Below, piece after piece: positions 9,521-19,472 of a DNA stretch of 64,000 nucleotides (position 1 is the stretch's first letter; each line of letters starts with the position of its first letter). The notes under the pieces are model-generated. The model had not been told where the DNA came from and searched no databases. It was given only the letters and a program-made list of their open reading frames with translations. The stretch lies in NCBI GenBank assembly GCA_902523535.1, contig CABYZQ010000005.1, positions 5,012 to 69,011 on the forward strand. Reading direction: 5' to 3'. Made by a program: the position numbers and the translations under genes. The stretch is from an uncultured Pelagibacteraceae bacterium. GTDB lineage: Bacteria > Pseudomonadota > Alphaproteobacteria > Pelagibacterales > AG-422-B15.

Positions 9521-10027
9521 TTAATCTAAATTATATAAAGTACTCACATTACCTTTATAGACAATGTGATTGAAATTATTTTTTATCTTTGTTTCATCGG
9601 CGATTATAATGCTACTTCCTCTCGCATGCTCAACGTTCTTTTTGAATTCAACTAAATCATCATTGATCGAAAAGAATGCCTTATCAGAACGAAATCTATC
9701 TTGTTCATCAGTATAGAAGTTTATTTCTCCACTGAGTTCTATTAAGTTTTCTATTTGGTTAAAGTTACCCTTTTTAGCATTTATATATATCCATGTGCCA
9801 GAGTCTGTTCTTAATTTTCCCTTAACAATAAATAATTCTAAATTATTCTCTCTCTGAATCCCTTTTTCAGCTTTTATTTCGTAGAGTCTATTATCAAGTC
9901 CTTTTTCAGAAAATCTCGGATTATCTATTTCTATTCCAAGACTTTCACTAGATAACAGCCTTGTCTGAAATAAAATCAATATAAGTAAAAATGAAATAGA
10001 TAATTTAGCAGTATGTTTAATTAACAT
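9521..10027 (-). CDS. lptC: LPS export protein LptC
   Basis: N-terminal hydrophobic segment, NPRF, YEIKAEKG; kdsD-lptC-lptA-lptB order; second ATG (10027) preferred. Confidence 0.8.
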   Translation of the reverse strand: MLIKHTAKLSISFLLILILFQTRLLSSESLGIEIDNPRFSEKGLDNRLYEIKAEKGIQRENNLELFIVKGKLRTDSGTWIYINAKKGNFNQIENLIELSGEINFYTDEQDRFRSDKAFFSINDDLVEFKKNVEHARGSSIIIADETKIKNNFNHIVYKGNVSTLYNLD

Positions 10028-10982
10028 ATCGAATGCAATCATGAATATGGATAATACCTATTGGTTTTCTTTCTTTTAAATTATTAATTACAAATAAACA
10101 TGTGATTTTATTTGCATTCATTTTTTCAAGTATGTTAATGACAAGTTCATCTTTGCATACAAGCATTGGTTTTGAGGACATAACTTCTTTTGCACTTACA
10201 TCTAATAGTGCTTTTCTAATATGTCTTCTTAAATCCCCGTCTGTTATTATTCCTATTAGTCTATTTTTCTTATTTTTTACTGCTACGTGACCAAATGATT
10301 TTTTTGTCATTTCGACAATAACAGATCTCATTGAGGAATTTTCAGAAACAATTGGCATTTTTCTTCCTGTATGCATTATATCCTCAACTTGAAGCAAGTT
10401 GGCACCTAATGCACCTCCGGGATGAATCTTTTTGTAATCTTTAAGCTTAAAATTTTTGACTCTCATTAAGGTTACACAAATTGCATCTCCTAAAATTAGT
10501 GACAAGGTAGTAGAAGTAGTAGGTGCTAGTCCAATAGAACATGCTTCTTTTGAATTTGGAATTAATAAGGGTATGTTACATAGCTTATAAAGACTACTTT
10601 TTGCATTTGATGTGATCCCTATAACAAAAACTTCATTTTTTTTTGCAAAATCTAATAAAGATTTAAATTCCGCACTTTTTCCAGAATTAGATATAATTAT
10701 TATAGCATCATTTTTAGTAATTATCCCTAAATCTCCATGACTCATATCTGTTGGAGAGCAATATTGAGATAGTGTACCGGTTGAACTCATCGTACTTGAA
10801 ATTTTACTGGCTATATGACCTGATTTTCCTACACCTGTGACTATCACTTTCCCCTTAATTTTTGATAGTTTGTTAATTATTTTAGCAAAATCTGAGTTGA
10901 TTGTTTTAAATAGTTTTTTAGCCCCAGATATTTCTGTTTCTATAACTGATTTTCCGTAACTTTTTATTCTATTTGTGTTCAT
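10017..10982 (-). CDS. kdsD: Arabinose-5-phosphate isomerase (KpsF/GutQ, SIS+CBS)
   Basis: GVGKSGHIA, HGDLG, APTTST, HPGG.LG, TDGDLRR. Confidence 0.96.
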   Translation of the reverse strand: MNTNRIKSYGKSVIETEISGAKKLFKTINSDFAKIINKLSKIKGKVIVTGVGKSGHIASKISSTMSSTGTLSQYCSPTDMSHGDLGIITKNDAIIIISNSGKSAEFKSLLDFAKKNEVFVIGITSNAKSSLYKLCNIPLLIPNSKEACSIGLAPTTSTTLSLILGDAICVTLMRVKNFKLKDYKKIHPGGALGANLLQVEDIMHTGRKMPIVSENSSMRSVIVEMTKKSFGHVAVKNKKNRLIGIITDGDLRRHIRKALLDVSAKEVMSSKPMLVCKDELVINILEKMNANKITCLFVINNLKERKPIGIIHIHDCIRYVN

Positions 10983-10990
10983 CTATAATA

Positions 10991-11602
10991 TTAACTGGAA
11001 TGAGAAAAAATATCGTTTTCCCATCCTCTTAAATCGAGTTCAACTCTAATCGGTAGAAATTTAATGCACGATTCAACAAGTAGTTCTCTATTTTGCCTTT
11101 TTAGAATTTCATCTAGTTTAATTTTTATGGCATGTAAGTGCATTACATCAGTTGCTGCATAATTAATTTGTTCTTTAGTTAAATCAGGATTTGACCAGTC
11201 ACTTGATTGCTGTTTTTTTGAAATATCAATGTTTAGAAGTTCCCTACATAAATCTTTATATCCATGACCTTGTGAATATGTTCGTGCAATTTTTGAACTT
11301 AGTTTTGTGCAGTAAACGCTTTTAATCATAATATCTAGGTCGTGCTTTATCGCAGCTAAATCATGTCTTGCATAATGAAAAATGAATGTCTTATTACTAC
11401 TCAGCAGTTTTTTAAGATTAGGAGCATCAAATTTTTTATCAATGAATTGAACTAAATGACAATCACCTTGACCATCATATAATTGTATGAGACATAAAGG
11501 ATCTCTATCAGGCTGCAAACCCATCATTTCACAATCGGCAGCTATAAGATCTGAAAATTTAACATCATCAGCCAAATCGTTTTTATGTAAAATTGTTTGC
11601 AT
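10991..11602 (-). CDS. rnd: Ribonuclease D, short alphaproteobacterial 3'-5' exonuclease
   Basis: DCE.MGL...RD.LCLIQL, HYAR.D, CTK.SSK.ARTY, QQSSDW, YAA.DV. Confidence 0.9.
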   Translation of the reverse strand: MQTILHKNDLADDVKFSDLIAADCEMMGLQPDRDPLCLIQLYDGQGDCHLVQFIDKKFDAPNLKKLLSSNKTFIFHYARHDLAAIKHDLDIMIKSVYCTKLSSKIARTYSQGHGYKDLCRELLNIDISKKQQSSDWSNPDLTKEQINYAATDVMHLHAIKIKLDEILKRQNRELLVESCIKFLPIRVELDLRGWENDIFSHSS

Positions 11603-11654
11603 TGTATGAAAATTAACTTATTTCAGAGAAGTACATAAGGTATATTTATCAAAT

Positions 11655-12560
11655 ATGAAGCAAAAAAAAATTACCATAATTGGAGGTTCCGGTTTTTTAG
11701 CCAAATATTGCATTTCAGAATTACTAAAACTCGGGCATAAATTAAAAATTATTTGCAGAAATACCCATCTTGCTGGAAATATTAGAATGATGGGTCCCAT
11801 TGATCAACTAGATATAATTAAGGGAAACATTAGATTTAAACATACAATTGCACCTCACATAATTGGATCAGACATTGTTATTAATTTTGTTGGCATACTT
11901 AATGAATCTTCAGGAGATCAGACTTTTAATAATTGCCATGCAGTTGGACCAAAAAATATTGCAGAAGTATGCTCTGAACACAAAATTGAACGTTTAATTC
12001 ACTTTTCATCTATAGGCGCTGATATTAATAGCGATGCAAAATATCAAGTATCAAAAGGTTTAGGGGAAAAAAATATTTTAGATATCTTTTCATCATCAAC
12101 AATTATTAGACCATCAATTGTTTTTGGACCTGGTGATGGGTTTTTTACTTTGCAGTCAAAATTGTTGAAACTTCTTCCAGTTGTCCCTCTATTTAGCAAT
12201 AACAAGTTTCAATGCGTATATGTTAAGGATATTGCTGAGGGGTTAATTAAAATTTTAGAAGATAAGGAGACAGCAGGAAAGATTTATGAATTTGGTGGAC
12301 CTGAGGTCATGACACTTAAAGAAATTTATCAATTAATTCTAAATACATTAAAAATTAAAAGAATTATCCTTCCTCTGCCCTTATCTTTTGCAAATGTAAC
12401 CGCATTATTAATGAAATTATCACCATCTCCTATGATTACATTTGATCAAGTTAAGATGTTAAAGAAAGACAACATAGTATCTAATACTCCACATAATCTT
12501 AGTTCTTTAGGAATAAATGCAAAATCATCAAGAGATATCATCAGTAATTATATATCTTAA
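11655..12560 (+). CDS. Complex I NDUFA9-family NAD(P)-binding SDR protein
   Basis: GGSGFL, VIN.VGIL.E, YxxSK, RPSIVFG, YEFGGPE. Confidence 0.9.
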   Translation: MKQKKITIIGGSGFLAKYCISELLKLGHKLKIICRNTHLAGNIRMMGPIDQLDIIKGNIRFKHTIAPHIIGSDIVINFVGILNESSGDQTFNNCHAVGPKNIAEVCSEHKIERLIHFSSIGADINSDAKYQVSKGLGEKNILDIFSSSTIIRPSIVFGPGDGFFTLQSKLLKLLPVVPLFSNNKFQCVYVKDIAEGLIKILEDKETAGKIYEFGGPEVMTLKEIYQLILNTLKIKRIILPLPLSFANVTALLMKLSPSPMITFDQVKMLKKDNIVSNTPHNLSSLGINAKSSRDIISNYIS

Positions 12561-12563
12561 TTT

Positions 12564-13358
12564 CTAAAGATAAATAAGGATAAGTGTTCCTATAACAATT
12601 CGGTAGATTACAAATGGTTTCATAGTATTTTTTTTCAACCATTTAAGTAAATAGTTGATTGAAATATAAGCTATAAAAAATGAGATCAGAAATCCAAACA
12701 AGCTAGATGAAATATTATCACTTGTTGGAGACTCTATGAGTTTAAGAATTGGTATTGCAGAAGAAATTAAAATTACTGGAATTGATAGTAAAATAGAAAG
12801 CTTTGCAGCTTCTATTCTATTTAAACCAATTATTCTTGAACCTGAATACACAACTCCCGCTCTACTTGCCCCAGGTATAATCGCTAGTATTTGAAAAAGA
12901 CCAATGATGAGCGCATTTTTTATTGATAATCTCTCAATGCCTTTAGTATTCGCATTAGTGTAACTATCAGAATAATAGAGAAGAAGTCCAAAAATTATTG
13001 TTGCTAGTCCAACAATTTTTATATTCCTTAAAATTTCAGCATAACCTGTAAGAAAAAGTAAGCCTCCAACAATCACAACAGGCAATGTTCCAACAATGAG
13101 ACAGAAAGCTAAATTTTTCTCATCCTTATTTAATTTGATGCTGAATGGTAAAAGTAGAAAAACTAATACTTTAATATCATTTCTGAAATAGATTATAACA
13201 GCCAAAAGAGAACCTAGATGCAGGCTTACATCCAACATCAGGCTTTCGGGAACACTCATTATTTCAGCTGCGACTAATAAATGTCCAGAACTTGAAATAG
13301 GCAAAAACTCGGTAATACCCTGTATAATTCCTAGTAGTAGTATTGGTAAAAAAGCCAT
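12564..13358 (-). CDS. uppP: Undecaprenyl-diphosphate phosphatase
   Basis: QGITEFLPISSSGH, PGASR motifs. Confidence 0.96.
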   Translation of the reverse strand: MAFLPILLLGIIQGITEFLPISSSGHLLVAAEIMSVPESLMLDVSLHLGSLLAVIIYFRNDIKVLVFLLLPFSIKLNKDEKNLAFCLIVGTLPVVIVGGLLFLTGYAEILRNIKIVGLATIIFGLLLYYSDSYTNANTKGIERLSIKNALIIGLFQILAIIPGASRAGVVYSGSRIIGLNRIEAAKLSILLSIPVILISSAIPILKLIESPTSDNISSSLFGFLISFFIAYISINYLLKWLKKNTMKPFVIYRIVIGTLILIYL

Positions 13359-13411
13359 AAGAGTTAAAAAAATACTGTTTTACGCCATTTAGGCAAGAAA
13401 AACTTAAACTG

Positions 13412-13428
13412 TGTCATACTATATGACT
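13412..13428. promoter_or_regulatory. Putative operator TGTCA-N7-TGACT (copy 1) in the uppP/gltD divergent spacer
   Basis: Inverted repeat GTCATA-CTA-TATGAC; same geometry as copy 2. Confidence 0.5.
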
Positions 13429-13482
13429 ATTATTATATATTTTAAATGTTATAAAAAGCTTAACTAAATGAGAGGAATCTAA

Positions 13483-13505
13483 ATATGTCATGCATTGTGA
13501 CATAT
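13483..13505. promoter_or_regulatory. Putative operator ATATGTCA-N7-TGACATAT (copy 2), 10 nt before the gltD ATG
   Basis: Perfect 8-bp inverted repeat. Confidence 0.6.
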
Positions 13506-13515
13506 AAGAGACGTT

Positions 13516-14955
13516 ATGCTTAAATTTACTAATTTAAATCAAGAATACCCTGAAAAAAGGTCCTCAGAAAATAGAAAAAAAGATTTTGGGGAGATTTACG
13601 AGAACTTTATAAAGAACAGCGCTAAAGAGCAGTCAAGTCGTTGTTCTCAGTGCGGGGTTCCTTACTGCACCGTCCATTGTCCCTTGCATAATCATATTCC
13701 TGATTGGCTTAAGCTTGCGGCGGAGGACCGACTTGAAGAGGCTTACCAAATATCTTCGAGTACAAATAATATGCCAGAGATATGCGGAAGAATTTGCCCG
13801 CAAGATCGATTATGTGAAGGAAACTGTGTTATTGAGCAATCAGGTCATGGTTCGGTCACTATTGGATCAGTAGAAAAATATTTAACTGACAATGCGTTTG
13901 AAAAGGGATGGATTAAACCGATCAAAGTTCCTGAGTACTTAGAAAAAGAAAATAGCATTGGTATCATTGGTGCGGGTCCTGCAGGTCTTGCTGCCGCTGA
14001 GGAATTAAGAAAAAGGGGTTACAAAATTGATGTATATGATCGTTATGACCGCGCTGGAGGGTTACTGATTTATGGAATCCCAAATTTTAAACTGGAAAAA
14101 GATATTGTTCAAAGAAGAATGAAATACCTTGAGGACTCAAATATTAAGATTCATCTAAATACTGAAATTGGAAAAGATATTCATTTTTTGGATCTTCAAA
14201 AAAAACATGACGCTGTATTAATTGCAACGGGAGTCTATAAAGCGAGAGAAATTTCCCTAGAAGGCGATGCATCCGAAGTAGTTCCTGCTTTGGATTTTCT
14301 AACTGCATCAAACCGAAAAGGCTTGGGAGATAGCGTAGAGGCTTTTGATAATGGATTGCTCAACGCCAAAGGTAAGAATGTAGTTGTAATTGGTGGAGGG
14401 GATACAGCTATGGACTGCGTAAGAACAGCTATTAGACAGGAGGCAAAATCCGTTAAGTGTCTTTACCGAAGAGATAAAGAGAACATGCCCGGCTCGGCAA
14501 GAGAAGTTAACAATGCTGAGGAAGAAGGAGTAGAATTTTTATGGCAATCTCTCCCAAAAAAAATTGAAAGAAATAATAATGGTAGCCTCTTAAACTGTAT
14601 AAAAATGAAGTTAAGTGAACCAGAGTCCGATGGCAGAAGAATCCCTCAAGAGATAGCAGGTTCTGATTTTGAATTAGAGACCGATTTAGTAATTGCTGCT
14701 CTGGGTTTTTCTCCAGAAAATTTGCCAAAAATGTTTGAAGTCGAAGAACTTCCAGTCACTAAATGGGGTACGGTTCGTATAGGATTTAATACCATGATGA
14801 CCAGTCTTGAGGGCGTATTTGCTGCAGGAGATATTGTCAGAGGAGCTTCCCTGGTAGTTTGGGGAATCAGAGATGGGCGAGATGTAGCAAATTCTATTCA
14901 TGATTATATTGAAGAAAAAAACATTGCAAAAAATATTAATACAAAAGCCTCATGA
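13516..14955 (+). CDS. gltD: Glutamate synthase (NADPH) small subunit
   Basis: RCSQCGVPYC..HCP, CGRICP...CEGNC, GAGPAG, GGGDTAMDC, GASLVVW. Confidence 0.97.
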   Translation: MLKFTNLNQEYPEKRSSENRKKDFGEIYENFIKNSAKEQSSRCSQCGVPYCTVHCPLHNHIPDWLKLAAEDRLEEAYQISSSTNNMPEICGRICPQDRLCEGNCVIEQSGHGSVTIGSVEKYLTDNAFEKGWIKPIKVPEYLEKENSIGIIGAGPAGLAAAEELRKRGYKIDVYDRYDRAGGLLIYGIPNFKLEKDIVQRRMKYLEDSNIKIHLNTEIGKDIHFLDLQKKHDAVLIATGVYKAREISLEGDASEVVPALDFLTASNRKGLGDSVEAFDNGLLNAKGKNVVVIGGGDTAMDCVRTAIRQEAKSVKCLYRRDKENMPGSAREVNNAEEEGVEFLWQSLPKKIERNNNGSLLNCIKMKLSEPESDGRRIPQEIAGSDFELETDLVIAALGFSPENLPKMFEVEELPVTKWGTVRIGFNTMMTSLEGVFAAGDIVRGASLVVWGIRDGRDVANSIHDYIEEKNIAKNINTKAS

Positions 14956-17900
14956 TAAATGAATTAAAAAGATATTTAAAAAATAAAAAAAATTTAGAGG
15001 ATGCCTTTTTATATAATCCGGGACATGAACATGACTCTTGCGGCGTAGGTTTTGTAGCATCTACAGATGGCAAACAAAGACGTGAAGTTGTCCAAGGTGG
15101 TATTGATGCCCTCAAGGCTGTATGGCATCGAGGTGCCGTTGATGCTGACGGAAAGACTGGTGACGGAGCAGGCATACTTACTCAGATTCCTTATAATTTT
15201 TTCGACGATGAGATAGCTAAGACAGGCCATGAAAAAAGAGATGAAACTCTCGGTATTGGCATGATGTTTCTTCCAAGGAATGATTATGCCGCACTAGAAA
15301 AATGTAGAACAATTATTGAGTCCGAACTGCTAGATCATGGTTATTACATCTATGGTTGGAGACAGGTTCCAATAAATAACAGTGTAATTGGGGAAAAAGC
15401 AAACTCGACTCGTCCTGAGATTGAACAGGTCATGTTCGTAAATAACATAGAAAGAGATAAAGACTTTGATTTTGCAAAAGAGTTGTATCTTGTGAGAAGA
15501 AGACTTGAAAAAAGAATAGCTAAGCAGCAAATTAATGATTTCTATGTTTGTTCATTAAGTTTCGAGTCAATTATCTACAAAGGACTTTTCTTAGCCGAAC
15601 AACTATCAATTTTTTATCCTGACTTAGCGAATGAAGAATTTATTTCATCTTTTGCCGTATTTCATCAAAGGTACTCAACAAATACTTTTCCGTCTTGGGG
15701 TTTAGCTCAGCCTTTTAGACTGTTAGCTCATAACGGTGAAATTAATACAATATCAGGAAATACTAACTGGATGAGGAATCACCAAACAAGAATTACCACT
15801 GAAATTTTTGGAGATGACAGTGAGCAAGTTAAACCAATTATTGAAAAAAACGTTTCAGACTCATCGGCCTTAGACGCAGCTTTTGAGCTGTATGTAAGGG
15901 CGGGAAGATCAGTTCCTCTTGTAAAAACTCTTTTAATACCGGAAGCCTGGTCAAAAAGAAGCGAGCTTATGCCAATTGAGCATAGAAATATGTATGAATT
16001 TTCAAACGCTATTGTTGAACCTTGGGATGGTCCTGCTGCAATAGCAGCAGTTGATGGAAATTGGATCATTGGAGGTATGGACAGAAATGGATTACGGCCT
16101 ATGAGATACTCAATTTCCCGAGATAATCTTATATATGTAGGTTCTGAAACAGGGATGGTGACAGTCGATGAATCTAAAATAATAGAAAAAGGTAAACTAG
16201 GACCAGGTGAAATTATCGGTATCAATCTTAAAGAAGGTAAAATATTTAGAGATCATGAAATGAAGGAACGATTGGCATCTGAAGCGCCATATGAAGAGTA
16301 TGTCAAAAAAATAATACGATTAGATAAACGAGTTAAAATTTCTAAAGAATCAACGGTTACTGATCAAGCCAAGTTAAGAAAGAAAATGATTGCTGCTGGG
16401 TATACCATGGAGGAACTTGAACTCATCCTGCACCCAATGGTTTCGGATGCGAAAGAATCTACGGGCAGCATGGGCGATGATACGCCAATAGCAGTATTGT
16501 CGGATAAGTACAGACCATTGTCACACTTTTTTAGACAAAAATTTAGCCAAGTGACAAATCCTCCCATCGACAGCCTAAGAGAGCAAAGTAGGATGAGTTT
16601 AAAAACGAGATTTGGAAATCTTCAGGATATTTTGAATCCAAATCCATATGAAGAAAATGTTTTTGTAATAGATAGTCCATTTATTACTAATGGCTTTTTT
16701 AAAAAAATTTCATCACGCGGTCAACAGACAACAACAAATATTGATTGTACTGTAGAAAAAAAGTCATTTGATTTAAAAAAAGAAATTAAGCGTATTCAGT
16801 TAGAAGCTGAAACTGCAGTACTAAGTGGAAAGTCTCACATAGTCTTATCAGATATTAATGCCGATGAAGAAAAAATTGCATTACCATTAATTCTCATTAC
16901 TGCTGCAGTTCATACAGATCTTACTCGAAAAGGAATAAGATCATTTGTTTCGTTACATGTCAGGTCTTCAGAATGCATTGATACTCATTACTTCGCTGTA
17001 TTAATTGGCGTTGGGGCAACAACTGTAAATCCTTATTTGGCGCAAGACTGTATCTATGAGAGGCACCAGAAAGGGTTATTTGGTGAGATGTCCTATGAAG
17101 AATGTGTTGATCGATATAAAAAAGCCATTGATCAAGGACTCCTAAAAGTAATGTCGAAGCTGGGTATATCCGTTATTAGTGCGTATAGAGGTGGTTTTAA
17201 TTTTGAAGCAGTTGGTCTTAGCCGTTCTACGGTAAATGAATATTTCCTTGGTGTGCAAAGCCGAATGTCGGGAATAGGCCTTACTGGAATTGAGAAAAAA
17301 CTTATTGAATTACATGATTACGCTTATTCAGATACCGTTCAAACACTTCCTATAGGTGGAATATATCGATATCGAAGTGGAGGAGAAACACATGCTTATG
17401 AAGGTAAATTAATACACCTTCTTCAAACATCAGTAGCCGAGGACTCTTATGATATGTATAAAAAGTACTCAAGCTCAATGGGGAATTTTGCGCCAATCAA
17501 TATAAGAGACCTTCTTGAGTTTAAAGAAGCAGAAAATGATTTAGATCTTTCAGAAGTTGAGTCCATAACATCAATTAGAAAAAGGTTTGGAACAGGAAGT
17601 ATGTCCCATGGCGCTTTGTCAAAAGAAGCCCATGAAACACTCGCGATTGCAATGAATAGAATTGGAGGAGCGTCTTGCTCTGGTGAAGGTGGCGAGTCAA
17701 TTGAACGATCATATCCACTTGAGAACGGGGATAGTGCAAATTCAAGAGTTAAACAAGTAGCCTCTGCAAGGTTTGGGGTGACTACAGAATATCTTAACAA
17801 TTGTGAAGAAATTGAAATTAAGATTGCACAAGGGGCAAAGCCTGGTGAGGGAGGTCAATTGCCAGGGTTTAAAGTCACAGCGGAAATTGCTAAATTAAGA

Positions 17901-19472
17901 CATTCAACTCAAGGAGTAACATTAATTAGTCCTCCTCCACACCACGATATCTACTCGATTGAAGATCTTGCACAACTTATTTATGACTTGAAACAAGTAA
18001 ACCCTAATGCAAGAGTATGTGTAAAATTAGTTGCTTCTTCTGGCATAGGAACAATTGCTGCGGGTGTTGCTAAGGCAAAAGCTGATGTAATTCTTATTTC
18101 TGGTCACAATGGGGGCACTGGAGCGAGCCCACAAACAAGCATTAAATATGCTGGCATTCCTTGGGAAATGGGCTTGACGGAAGTAAATCAGGTTCTGACA
18201 TTAAATGGCTTGCGTCAGAACGTAGTACTCCGAACAGATGGTGGAATTAAGACTGGTCGAGATGTAGTAATTGCTGCGATGATGGGAGCTGAAGAGTTTG
18301 GAGTTGGCACAACTTCTCTAGTGGCTATGGGATGTATTATGGTTAGGCAATGTCATTCAAACACATGCCCAGTAGGTGTTTGTACGCAAGATGATGATTT
18401 GAGAGCGAGATTTTCAGGTAGCCCAGAAAAAGTGGTTAATCTGTTTAGCTTTATAGCAGAAGAGGTCAGAGAAATTTTAGCTGACTTAGGTGTTAAAAGT
18501 TTAAATGATGTTATTGGAAGAACAGATTTATTGTATCAAATATCAAGGGGATCAACTCATTTAGATGATTTAGATTTGAATTCACTTTTAATTCAAGCTG
18601 AGAAGGATCCAGATGTTGAGTACTTCAATCACTCTACAATTAATGACGCAGGCTCTACTCTTGATGAAAAAATTATTCAAGATGCCTCGAAATTTTTACA
18701 GACTGGACAGAAAACTGAATTAAATTATCCGATTAAAAATACTGATAGAGCGGTAGGTACTAGATTATCATCAACTATTTACCGAACATTCAAAAATACT
18801 GAAGTTAATAAGGAACATTTGACTATCAATCTCACCGGATCAGCTGGACAATCACTTGGCGCTTTTGGGATTAAAGGATTAAAGATAAGCCTTTTTGGAG
18901 ATTCAAATGACTATGTTGGAAAAGGGTTATCAGGTGCTACAATTTCCATTAGGCCACACAAAAATAGTTCATTAATTAGTAATGAAAATACAATCATTGG
19001 AAACACTGTACTTTACGGTGCAACATCTGGCGAATTATATGCTGCTGGTGAAGCGGGTGAAAGGTTTGCTGTTAGAAACTCAGGTGCAACAACTGTAGTG
19101 GAAGGATGTGGTTCAAATGGATGCGAATACATGACTGGTGGTACTGTTGTAATTTTAGGAAAAACAGGAGACAATTTTGGGGCTGGAATGACTGGCGGCA
19201 TGGCATTTATATATGATGAGGATCAAAATTTTAATTTAAGAGTAAATCCAGAGACCTTAATCTTTGATACAATTTCCTCGGATTATTGGACAAATGAGCT
19301 TTACCAAATTATTCTTAGTCACCATCAAAATACATTAAGTTTGCACGCCAAAAATATATTAGATAACTGGGAAACAGAAAAATTAAAATTTATTCACGTA
19401 TGTCCAAAAGAGATAGCCAATATATTAGTTCAACCTCTGGGTTTCGAAAAAAAATTGAAGCAGGTCAATTAA
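14952..19472 (+). CDS. gltB: Glutamate synthase large subunit
   Basis: HDSCGVG (N-terminal Cys after processing), HQRYSTNTFP, AQGAKPGEGGQLPG, CIMVRQCHSNTCPVG. Confidence 0.98.
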   Translation: MINELKRYLKNKKNLEDAFLYNPGHEHDSCGVGFVASTDGKQRREVVQGGIDALKAVWHRGAVDADGKTGDGAGILTQIPYNFFDDEIAKTGHEKRDETLGIGMMFLPRNDYAALEKCRTIIESELLDHGYYIYGWRQVPINNSVIGEKANSTRPEIEQVMFVNNIERDKDFDFAKELYLVRRRLEKRIAKQQINDFYVCSLSFESIIYKGLFLAEQLSIFYPDLANEEFISSFAVFHQRYSTNTFPSWGLAQPFRLLAHNGEINTISGNTNWMRNHQTRITTEIFGDDSEQVKPIIEKNVSDSSALDAAFELYVRAGRSVPLVKTLLIPEAWSKRSELMPIEHRNMYEFSNAIVEPWDGPAAIAAVDGNWIIGGMDRNGLRPMRYSISRDNLIYVGSETGMVTVDESKIIEKGKLGPGEIIGINLKEGKIFRDHEMKERLASEAPYEEYVKKIIRLDKRVKISKESTVTDQAKLRKKMIAAGYTMEELELILHPMVSDAKESTGSMGDDTPIAVLSDKYRPLSHFFRQKFSQVTNPPIDSLREQSRMSLKTRFGNLQDILNPNPYEENVFVIDSPFITNGFFKKISSRGQQTTTNIDCTVEKKSFDLKKEIKRIQLEAETAVLSGKSHIVLSDINADEEKIALPLILITAAVHTDLTRKGIRSFVSLHVRSSECIDTHYFAVLIGVGATTVNPYLAQDCIYERHQKGLFGEMSYEECVDRYKKAIDQGLLKVMSKLGISVISAYRGGFNFEAVGLSRSTVNEYFLGVQSRMSGIGLTGIEKKLIELHDYAYSDTVQTLPIGGIYRYRSGGETHAYEGKLIHLLQTSVAEDSYDMYKKYSSSMGNFAPINIRDLLEFKEAENDLDLSEVESITSIRKRFGTGSMSHGALSKEAHETLAIAMNRIGGASCSGEGGESIERSYPLENGDSANSRVKQVASARFGVTTEYLNNCEEIEIKIAQGAKPGEGGQLPGFKVTAEIAKLRHSTQGVTLISPPPHHDIYSIEDLAQLIYDLKQVNPNARVCVKLVASSGIGTIAAGVAKAKADVILISGHNGGTGASPQTSIKYAGIPWEMGLTEVNQVLTLNGLRQNVVLRTDGGIKTGRDVVIAAMMGAEEFGVGTTSLVAMGCIMVRQCHSNTCPVGVCTQDDDLRARFSGSPEKVVNLFSFIAEEVREILADLGVKSLNDVIGRTDLLYQISRGSTHLDDLDLNSLLIQAEKDPDVEYFNHSTINDAGSTLDEKIIQDASKFLQTGQKTELNYPIKNTDRAVGTRLSSTIYRTFKNTEVNKEHLTINLTGSAGQSLGAFGIKGLKISLFGDSNDYVGKGLSGATISIRPHKNSSLISNENTIIGNTVLYGATSGELYAAGEAGERFAVRNSGATTVVEGCGSNGCEYMTGGTVVILGKTGDNFGAGMTGGMAFIYDEDQNFNLRVNPETLIFDTISSDYWTNELYQIILSHHQNTLSLHAKNILDNWETEKLKFIHVCPKEIANILVQPLGFEKKLKQVN

